Source: Catajapyx aquilonaris (Eukaryota). Taken from it: a stretch of DNA of 46,068 nt. Shown piece after piece: positions 21,846-32,444 of this stretch (within the stretch, counting starts at the first letter, position 1; every line of letters begins with the position of its first letter). Location: positions 1-46,068 of the forward strand of contig KZ538821.1 in the NCBI GenBank assembly GCA_000934665.2, in the 5' to 3' direction. The translations under genes and the position numbers were made by a program. The notes beneath the pieces are model-generated. The model was not told where the DNA came from, did not search any database, and saw only the letters and a program-made list of their open reading frames with translations.

Positions 21846-23603
21846 TTAACTCCTTGATTATGGAGAACATAGTACGTACCATAGTGACCATAGAACAATA
21901 ATTGGCTCTCCATTACTGCATATTTCTCAGGGATATGCTGCAAGATAAACCGTTATGTCCTCGAGGTCCTGATTGTTTGGAGTAAATACATGTGTAAATA
22001 ACATTTAGGTACAAACTAGATCACATGGTCTGCAAGTCCATGGCATCATGTTCCCTCAGAATGTTCACTACAATTCCAAAACGGGGTACCTTCGACCATG
22101 AGAATGGGAGAAGAAAAAAACATAATAGCCACGTTTGGCGTCCACAGAAAGGGTGAAGTAACGGTGTAGTTTAAAGGGAAGGGAAGAAGAAGAAAAAAAA
22201 AGACAACCGAAGAGGTCGGTTCTAAAAGGAGAAGAAGAAAAAAAAATGGGGCAGCGGTACATTATTTGGACTGGAGCAGTATTCCAGCAATGGCTTGCCA
22301 CAATTTTGCCATGGAATTCAAATCGCAATTCTTTGCAAAGTGATTGAATACATCGTTACAACCGAAGTCATACTCCTGGGAAACACATACTTAAAAGGGG
22401 GGAGTCTCCCCAATGTTAAAAAGTGACAGAAAACGGTGTGATTGGGAAACTTGGCTCCCTTTTTCCCGTAGGATTATTTCCTGAGGGAAGTAACCATTAT
22501 TAATAGATTCCCCTTCCGATTTATCAACGGGGTTTCTCCGGGTACGAAAAATCAACCCTCGTTTAAAAGTTTGTCGCCCAAAACCTGGGGAGGACCAAGA
22601 GGGTGTTTCTCAGGTGGTTTGTGTGCCCCTTTTTCCCACAATCCTCTCTACCAATGTAGAGTTATCCCGCTATAAGGGTGCCTAAAAACCCTCACTCTCA
22701 TAATACTTTTCTCTGAAGGGGGGACCTGGGTTGGGGAGACACTCGACCCCCTTCATTTTTGCTGTATAAGATAGGCTCAAAAAGGGAAACTGTGCCTGTC
22801 CCCACACTGCTGGATACCCCACCCTGTCTTTTGCCATTTTCTAAAGGTTCCTGTACTTTTTATGGTGTCAGCTGTCCGAAGAGATGGACCTAAAACGTGG
22901 TGATGTCAGTGGTTTTTTTTACTTTGTAATAGGGGTGAGTTACAAGTCCAGTTTTTGCAGATAAGGCGGTTAAAAACGCTTTGAAAATGTGGCTTTTTGA
23001 TATTTTTTTTGTGTGTGAAACTTGATAAGGATAAAATTAATGCAATCTGCATAGTGTTATTTGGAATGTGCAGCTGTAAAAATTTTGAGCAATTACATTC
23101 AGAAGATATGATCCTATTGTAAACAATAGGAGTCTGCTTCTAATTGAATTATGAAGCCTAGAGGGGGGAAAAAACGTTGCATAACGTTGCACTTCACCGA
23201 CCGTAATAATTATGGGAATGCATTCATACAAATTCTGAAATATACAATATGTGTTCTTTGTCTTCTGACAGATTCCACTAGCAGTCTTATCTGAATGCCA
23301 TTCACTTCTGACAACCCACCGCTACGTGACTGAGGGCGATAAGATATATGCTATAGAGTTGTCTTACCATGGGTATGGCCATTTCTCAATTAGGCTACCC
23401 TATAACATATTTACCCTATAACCCTATGATATTACCCTATAACATAAATTAGTGAAATGCTCGTTTTAATGTCATAAATCCTAGGTGCTTTGATCAAATA
23501 ATAATATCAAAGACGTGCTCTCTCACTAACAGTAATATCCCTCGTTTTTATTCCATTATAAATCATAATATGTATTACCAACAGATGAAAATTGGTAATA
23601 CAG

Positions 23604-23662
23604 TGTGTCTGGTGTAGTTGTTAGCAACACTTCCACATCTGAGGTCCCATGTTCGATCCCCA
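23604..23662 (+). mobile_element. Degenerate tRNA-derived SINE head
   Basis: A-box-like TGGTGTAGTTGTTAGC (from 23610) and B-box GTTCGATCCC (23651-23660) at tRNA-like spacing. The anticodon arm is truncated. Confidence 0.4.
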
Positions 23663-26600
23663 GAAGAGAACAGGGGATACTAATTATCGAACATATCGCC
23701 CTACATATGACGCTTACGTCCATCAAAAAGCGTCATCACATTAATGACGTCGCGCCAATGAGTACTGGCATTGACCTTAACATCCTCTTCCCAGTTCTGA
23801 TTCTCGACACACTTTCAATTTTTCCAAGAATGACGCATCCGCGATTCATCACGTCACGTAGGAGTTCGGCAAGACTTTTCTGTAGAGACGGTCATATCTG
23901 GAAAAATTGCAATAAAATGGAGCCCATAATTGCTCATAATTATCTGGATATATGATTTCAATTGCCCCGAAGTTCAGGGGACTCATTCGGAGATCGAACC
24001 CAGGCTCTGGGAGGTGCAAAGACCACTATCTTTCGATCCCAATGTTTAGGACTTGGTATGACAGACAACAATACCTTGGAAGCTATTCAATCAAAAAAGT
24101 ACGCACCTCATGAAAAGTCAAGGACCACTATGAAGAAAACACGAGCGCCAAGGGTGAGTGCACCTCCCCTCCCCCCTCTTCCCTCCCACCATCCCCCACA
24201 CACCCTGTTCTCCCCCCTTCCCTCATTCCCTCTACCCTACTCCATCCCCTCATGGTCCCAAACCGCTATCTCACCTGGGCCAAGTTGGAAGCAGTCGGCG
24301 AAGGGCTAGGCCACAGCTAGCTTCCTGCCAACCTAGCACGAGGAATAGTGGATAGTTTTTTTATCAAAAAAAATAATAATCCATTGACAGTGACAGTAGT
24401 GGCATTGACAGTGGGACGACAATGACCTCCTGGTGATGACAGTGTCACGTGCAGGCATTTTGATTTTGGCGGCTGCTGCGGTCGGGACCTGACCCCCCTA
24501 CCTGTGTTGATGGGATTTAAAAATAGTGAAATAGTTTTTCGGACTGTTGAATAGTGTGTGGGAGGGAAAAAAATAGTTCAAAATTAACAGTTGGAGAGGA
24601 GACTTTTTGAGTGGTGGCTGCTGACGGGAAGTTGCCGCCGTCCCCGTTGTAACGGTGAGTGTATTGCATGGTCAAATTACAGTGTTTCCTTGCGGGATAG
24701 CGTAGGGACGATTGCAGACAGCGGATTGAATAGTTGGGCAGATAGTGCGTGAATAGGGATAGTTAGGCCCAAGTTTTGAGTGATGACAAGGATGGTACCA
24801 GCAACAGGTGGTGGCTGCTGGAAACTGTTAAGTATTACAATATTAGTCCGAATATATTGTTCTAATAATATTTATTTAATATATTAATTATCCGGGCCAC
24901 TAGTCGAGTGTTATAGAAACTTGTATGAAAAGTGTCAACAATGCCACTATTAAAACTTTAATTGGAGTTGAAATGCGCTGAGAAGCTGGAAATAGCATAA
25001 TTATGTAGATAAAGTAATCTGCCCCATTCAACAGTGCTACTTATTACGACGAGGAGCTGTAACTGTATTTAGTCAGAAACTGCTTTAGGAACGTGTAATT
25101 AAGACTGTGCGGATAAGGAATGTTGCTCCTGTACACACCATACATGTAATTATGCATAAAAATATTCAAGTTCAAATATGCGGCCAGTAATTTATAATAA
25201 AACCGGCAATAATATCAAACGCATTTATTGTTACAAAATCTGTCAATAATAGACTCCCTTGTAATCAGTTATTAACAAACATATTCATTCTAATGTTTGG
25301 ACCATGTTACTGCAAACATTACGCAATGACAACCTGTCAAATTGCCTTATATATTTATGCTGGTAAAATTTCGCAGGGATTTCCAATTAACATTACTATT
25401 ATTCCTCTGGATCACTTATCACACGATTGCAATCGACGAAAAGTGGCCGAGTACCTTCAACATTAAAACGTAATTATATCATGCAGTAAGAGTGTGAAAA
25501 CGCACAAATTATACGCTGTGTCATGGTGCCATGGGAAAATTTTGCTCTTCAGATTAACTGTTGCTTACAATGATAAAATGCAAACCGGCTACCTGAGGTT
25601 TTTATTATTCTTTCAAATAATTATTTTTACGGGAAGTAAACTTGCACTTTTTTTAAAACAGTATCATATAGACACTGCAGCACCTGAAACCTAGTTAAAT
25701 ATTAATTTGCATACACTTGTTGGTTGCCTGAAAAAGCGCAAAAATAACGGGTTTATCTGGTTGCTCCAGCACATGCTCTGAACGCGGCTGATAAAAGGGC
25801 CAGGGCTTGACCACTATGAACTCAATGGGCTTGACCAGTCAACACGTGTGCACCACCGCAGTTGTATAGGTACGACCCTCTTGTCCGTTTCCGCAAGGCC
25901 GTTGAAGCAAGTGCAATGTCCTCTCGAAGCCCTTGGTCATGGTCACCTTTTTGAAGAATCTCAATAGCCACAGTTACCCCCTGCCACTTTCACCCCCAAA
26001 AAGAGATAGCCCCCCCTTGTAAAACAAATTGGTGGGTTCCCACTAGCGGTCAACTGGTCAACAACCAAATACACGAGGACTGCCACAATTCGTCAACAAT
26101 GAACCCTATATGCATATTTTTTTTAAAAATGACATCCTGAGAGGCAGACAATAGAAATGACCGAATTCTTTTCATCGTTTTCCGGCTGGGAAGGTTTTTT
26201 ACGGGAATCACATGACCGTGAAACTACCCCTCCTGCTGCCCCCATGATGTAAGAGTTGCCCCTCATAATCTGGCGTAGGGCACGGGTTATTGCGGGCCTC
26301 GTGACCTTCCGTGAGAAAAATATATAGGGGTGCATGAAGAAACGTGGTTCATCATTTTGGATGGAAGTTATTATATTAACACCTTGTACCCTGTGACATG
26401 GGGATGGTTTTAGACATTTTCTATAATATCTGTATTATTAAAAACCGATTGTTATAGAAACTCATCCCGCATCGTACGGCCTACAGCAAGCTTTGGGAGT
26501 GGTGTCCAAATTTTGACCGTGTTTCCTATATTTGCAAACCACTTTTGTTGTTTTGGAAACGCTGTCGAGGGTATTTGTAAAACTCAAAAAACGCACAAAA

Positions 26601-27009
26601 AAGCTGACAGCGGCCATTCCACGGAATTCCCATTTTCGCCGTTCCACTGTGGCGACTCACATCTGCACTTCACCGTCGGACGTCTCTTCGATGCATAATT
26701 TTTTTGCCAAATTTGAGCAAGTTGGTGCCTAGTTTATATTATTCAACATATTTCAGAACAATTTACTAAAATATTGAATGAATATTCATACCCATTTCAT
26801 ACCCTTTCCTTATGCGACGGCTTTTTTGCTGGCATACTTGCCTATTTACATTGTTTCATTACCTACATTGTCATCTTTCTGCTTACATATTCAAGCTCAT
26901 ATCCTGCTTCTTACTGTCATTATTAGCTACCTGCTGCTTATGGCTTACAAGTTATATCATATTTGCATAGTTGCTCACTACCTTAATATAAATTACAAAC
27001 AGCTACAAA

Positions 27010-27041
27010 CTCATGTGGGTTGACTCATTATTGCATAACAC
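27010..27041 (+). repeat. Solo copy of the TIR of the 12558-12711 element
   Basis: CTCATGTGGGTTGACTCATTATTGCATAACAC is identical to 12676-12707. Confidence 0.85.
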
Positions 27042-28528
27042 ACTGTCAAACAAATTTTCAAATTTCAAACCCTGTTTAACCTAATTCACACCTATAAAAC
27101 CGCCCAAATTTGTCCAATTAGCACGATATGCATCTACACTAATTGCCCACTCATTCTTCCAGCAAGGGAGAGTCCACTGAATTAATTACTCCATCTGTGG
27201 GTTTGGTTTGTTGCATGGTGTGGTAATAACATATTGTTTTACTAAAGATGCGCGTGGGAAGACCGATGTTGGGAGCCATCCGCGCACCACGTGGATTGAG
27301 GCAAAAGGATGGACCGGTAAATAGAGAAAGGGCGATTTTCAGCAGGCGGATGTCTGTTAGCTGCTGGTGTCGGTCGGTCATCAACCTTGCCAGGTGAAGG
27401 TCAGGTGCACGTGGCCAATGCCGCCGTGTCCGATACAATGCTTCGGGAGGGAACGTTTGTTGTTGCGCAACAATTCAGGCGTTTAAAAATATGTCTCATA
27501 CCATACAATTTTTTAAATAAAATTATTTCCACACGATTGTTCACAGAAACAATGTAGCATTAAATATCTGGCATACAATTATTACATTCCTGTGCCAAAT
27601 AGCGTGCAGTGGGTGCATCCACGATATAGTGTGTATAAATTCCACATAACAGAGGAAATTTTTGGGGGTAAAAATGGCGGAGGATGCTACACTGCGTGCA
27701 CTGCAATTTTCAGGGCGATTAAAACGGCGGTTTTGGCAGAATGAGTTTACGTAACGTCACGCAATGCGACCTTCTAACGCTACATTAGGAGGGGCTCGGT
27801 TGTGCAAAGACACCTTCAATGGCTTTGGTTTATTGTGCTTTTTTATTTCTTTGTTGACTAAAAATTGCGGGGGATGACATCTACTGATGTTCGTAACGTC
27901 GAAAATGATTTGCTAAATGCTAATTAGCAGGCTGGAACTGTATGCAATATTTTAAATGAAAACTGCTGTTGTAATTGTCTGAAAAGTGTGGCATCGTTGT
28001 AGTCACGCCCCACGTTGGGCGCCAATTGTCACGTCACTGACGTTACGTGACGATGGGCTATAAATCCGACGTCACGGAAAATATTTTTACTATTGATGCT
28101 ACGTTTAAATTTTAAACAAGTATCGTTTAATCATGACAAAATGTTATTCATCTTGTTGTCATTCAGTTAATTGAAAACTGCTTAATTTGTTGTAAATCAA
28201 TCGAATTTTTACTCCAAGTGGATTCATATTGAATTGTATTATTTTAAAGACTGCAAAATTTGCATGTGTCCTATTTGTCTCTGACTCGATCACTGAGAGA
28301 TGCAGTGATTCAAATTTATGCTGTTGCAATAACTAGGTCCTTGAATCTATTCATATACAGTACGTCTTGGATTTCTCGGCGAAACAGGGCAATGCTCCTA
28401 AATTTTTGGTTGTTGATTAGAGTTATTTAAACATGATAATGATAATGATAATCGGTGTGAAACACGAAACAATTTCAAGAAATATTCGACCACATACCAT
28501 AAAAAATCTAAGGATGGAATTTTAGTCC

Positions 28529-28703
28529 CACTGATAGTTACTGCTAACTTATCAGTGCCATGGCCAACACTGGTATAACTTATCAGTGCCATGGCCAACA
28601 CTGGTACTGCTACCTTATCCGTACCATGGCCAATACTGGTACTGCTTACTTATCAGTACCATGGCCAACACTGGTACTGCTAACTTATCAGTAGCTATCA
28701 GTG
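28529..28703. repeat. 35-bp tandem array (~4.5 units) between CACTGATAG...CTATCAGTG inverted ends (CAC-type MITE)
   Basis: Unit TACTGCTAACTTATCAGTRCCATGGCCAACACTGG starts at 28539, 28574 (4-bp deletion), 28605, 28640 and 28675 (partial). The ends match as inverted repeats at 18/21 positions. Confidence 0.8.
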
Positions 28704-28705
28704 AA

Positions 28706-28753
28706 ATTTGGGGTGGAATTTTCGTCCCATGGGACGAAAATTCCACCCCAAAT
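28706..28753. repeat. Perfect 48-bp spacerless palindrome
   Basis: ATTTGGGGTGGAATTTTCGTCCCA|TGGGACGAAAATTCCACCCCAAAT: 24+24 bp, no mismatch. Confidence 0.95.
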
Positions 28754-29232
28754 ATCCAACAAACAGCAGAAAAAATAACCTCGAGACGAACTAGTTTTTC
28801 TGACAGTCTACTTGCAAATATGGTGTGTAAGGATGTCAGAATATTCTATATCGCAAGAATAATGAAATGCTCGTAGCCGAAACACATATATCCAGTTATT
28901 ACTTTAACGGCAATGTGTCTCACACTGTTCTTAACCAAAGAACCAATTCCTGTCACTATAAACGCCAAAAACTAGTTCCCAATAACGAATAACGTCCAAT
29001 GTCACCACCAGCTGCATAGCTGACCCCTAATCAAAAAAAGTCGTTGAAGATGCAGCGACCTTTGCATCCCTTAAAAAACACTCAAAAAAATGACCATCAG
29101 CCAACTCCATCCAACGCGTGAATAACATTCAAAAGAACTAGTTTGGCAACACACGCACAAAAAAGTAGTAAGACCCTCATAAAAAAAATCACACCCAATG
29201 AGCGGGACTTTTCATTTTACTTAAGTCCTGTT

Positions 29233-29245
29233 AGGTCATTGACCA
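29233..29245. promoter_or_regulatory. Candidate ecdysone response element (IR-1)
   Basis: AGGTCATTGACCA matches 11 of the 12 specified bases of the ideal EcR/USP palindrome AGGTCAnTGACCT. It lies upstream of Blimp-1, an ecdysone-inducible gene in Drosophila. Confidence 0.4.
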
Positions 29246-32200
29246 AATCCTCTTTAAAAAAAAATAAACAAAAGGTCTAGTAATAGCCTTTTATCATAAT
29301 CACCCGTTGGTATGTAAGTTTCGTCTGGAGTTTGAATCCTTCAGAACTGATCCATCCACCCCCATCAGAAGCAGAAGAAGAGCAGCCCGTTAGGTGAGGT
29401 CCCGTTGGCCCTCTCATGGTGGTAAAAAGAGAGACTTCAAGATATGTCCAAACATAAAAAAAATGAAGAATTGAGGGTGCAGCTGAAGCTTTTTGGGGGG
29501 TTCCAGAAGCAGTTCCGGTTGTAACCGTTGATGGGAACCTTTAAGAAAGGGACTCTTACCGACCCTCACGCACTATTTTTTAAGGAACCAGAGGGTCTTT
29601 TTTTAGGGGGGAAGGTTTTAATCCCCTACCTTGAATGAATAGAACCCTAAGAGGACAAGAGGAATGAGAGTGGCCCATCCGGCTGGTTTTTTTTAAGGAT
29701 AGAAAAAGAAGGGTTACTTTGCATTAATGTAATTCTAATCGTCGTTTTTTAGGTGGGTACTGGGTGCATAAAAAATATGTGCGGGGCTTTCACTTTCACA
29801 CCTGTGAAAATATCCTTGGTCAGACTTAACCTTGTAGTGCGTTGGATATTTATTTATTAGAGGTTGGGTAGCACTGGGAGGGGCAGAATGACCTAGGAAA
29901 CATTCCAAGTCATTAGATGCATGGAATTTACAAGTACTTTATTGACACCACGTGTGAGGGTCAGTTATAAAATATAATGGAGGTGTGGTTTTTTCACCTT
30001 TTAGAACTAGGAATCCGTTCAACGTTACTTCATGTGGAAGTGATAATGAAGTTGGGCTTTGTAAAGGCCAGAGCACTGTAATATTACGGTAGGCCCGTAA
30101 CAATGTAATGTATTCATAATAAAATGGGACGCAACAGCAGAATAAACGGACTGCTGAGAATTTACTGGTCAAGCTGATTTTTGTCATATTTGCACGATTG
30201 TAACGTTTTAAAAAAATACCGCAATTTCCTCTATCCTTGATGATTAAAACATAGTGTGATATTATTTGTATAGTTTTCAAATAGTATTTTCTACTTGTAT
30301 AGTAATGTCAATATCCCCACTGTCTTAGAGAAATATCTGAATAGCCTGTAATCTCCTGGCATGCCATCACATAATTGGTGATCTATCATGTCCTAAATTA
30401 TTCTGCCATCTAGCTAATGCAAGTTCTATGCCTAGTCTCAGTAACGTACAATTTTTTCTTACATGTCCTGCAATCCTCTGAAAATGAGATGAATAAAAAG
30501 CCGTTGCCAGATCAAAAAAGTAGATTTTCAGCCGAATGCTGCGTCTGTTAGAACGATGTGTATAATATGGTCACGCAACTGATGTTCGGTTGACATAAAA
30601 AAGAAGCTGCAGTTAGCCTAACGCATTTTCTGTCTTCAATATTCTTATAAAAGAACAACGTGAAAAAAAAGCCATACTGCTTTTTTTGAGCCTAAGAAAA
30701 ACATGACGTGATGCCACGTTACCGAACATTCCAGTTTTTCAACGGCTAGGATGCCGTACACTTTTTTTAAAAAAACTAACTGCTTAGGTGTTCTTAAGAA
30801 AAGGTTTGGAAGGCGACAGTCCGGTTGTGCGGGAGGCCAGCGGGTATTATTAAATGATCATCATTTTGGACCAGTTGGCCCAGGTGGTACGGTTTTAACA
30901 ATATACCCCTAATATACGACATCAAAAGGGTTATAAAAAAATATTAGCGTGATATACAGGTTTAATAATGTTTTTATTGTGTGCAGCAGTAGTTGCTACA
31001 ATTTCATACGAAGATAATACGGATAATATAATAAAGAGTCATTTCGGTAATGGGTATTGGCGTTATTTCGAGACAAGTGCAAAGAATGCCCAACACATGT
31101 GTGGTCATCGAAGCAAAAACCCCGTTTTGCCTTCAGTCCCGTTGAAATCTTCACATACATCCGGAAGAATTTTTTTTTCACCTTCAAACCTGTCATGGTT
31201 GACACGTGCATTATGTACGACAACAAGTCCCTTTATATTTGTCCATCCCCTTATGCTATACATACAAACATAAGGGATAAAATTATCACATTGTTGCAAT
31301 AGAGTAGTTGAACCTAAGTATAAACTTTGATAACCTAAATTTTAATAATACAGTTTATCGACACTAAAATATTTTACAGAGGTTACGCAAGTTCAATATT
31401 CCGAATGCGTATACCTTGCATAAATAACCGGTACGATGTACCCAATGCAGACCCAATGGGATGGGAAGGTGAGGCATGGATGCAACTGACCTTAATAACG
31501 GTCATACTGTACGTCAATTGTTGTATTAGAGGACAACAAACTTAGTATGGTGAAATGTCTGCAAATTGATGCAATTTATGACAAAACATGACCCCAAAAT
31601 ATTCATACTTGTAGTAGCCTAACGGCTGACTGTATAAGTTGTTCAATCAATTAATTAATTAAATCCATTGCCATCGGTCGCATCGGGCGGGTCAATTCCG
31701 TGTAGCCATATGGCTCCATCTGACACCATCCTCCCAAAAACATTTTCCGTTCCCAATAGTCCCCTATTGTTGAATATATAGGCAGTCAGTCAGGCATCGA
31801 GCAGGCAGAGGCAGCCGCATTCCACGGCCTGCGGAGAAGAGTCCCGTTATGGCGACCTGGAGCTGTTGTGGGGCTTTGCTGCTGCTGTCGGAATCGAAGT
31901 GGAACAAAGGCAGGCTCTTCTGTGAGGGTCAACGACCAACCAGCCCGCCATGGAACGGAACGCCTCTACTCACCACTGACACATTTATGACGTCACGTTG
32001 CCTCTAGGGGAGGTTGGTGGTGGTGAGCAGGAGGAGGAGGAAGGAGTAGAGGATGGTTGGTCTGACCTTGCACAATGAGCCAGCCTTTGCGTTGGTTGGT
32101 TGCCCCACTAAAATGGGGTCCTCTGCCGGAACACACACCTTTTCAGGATGTGCATAGGGGGAGTTACGTGTATACTACACATACACAACGCATGTGCGTT

Positions 32201-32406
32201 AGATGCCGTGACCCCGACAGGCACACCCTGTATCTAGCCCACTGACCACGTTTGTCACGTGCGGCCTTTTCCTGGGAAGTCACGTCCATTGATAGTTGAT
32301 GGTCAGGGTTGATATTTTTTGGGATGGGGAGGTATGTGACGGGCGGCATCTAGCCAAACCCCCAACCGGCCCATAGGATTGTATATCCGCTGAAGATAGG
32401 GCTGTA

Positions 32407-32444
32407 TCCGCAAGGAAGGCAATAACATTGGCCTTCCTTGCGGA
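32407..32444. repeat. Perfect 14-bp stem hairpin
   Basis: TCCGCAAGGAAGGC, 10-nt loop, GCCTTCCTTGCGGA. Confidence 0.85.

Noticed and set aside
21266..21943. CRISPR-like array or repetitive protein ORFs
   Set aside because: Units are contiguous with no unique spacers, there are no cas genes and the context is eukaryotic. The ORFs are translations of a 20/40-bp repeat whose period is not a multiple of 3.
23977..24045. Minus-strand tRNA-like sequence with B box GGTTCGATCTCC
   Set aside because: No convincing A box or cloverleaf; too degenerate to call.
24297..24320. GGCGAAG...ACAGCTAG resembling an insect Helitron 3' end
   Set aside because: The subterminal hairpin is poor, the next base is not T, and no 5' end was found.
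28539..28692. 35-bp repeats as a CRISPR array
   Set aside because: CRISPR-like length but head-to-tail with no spacers.
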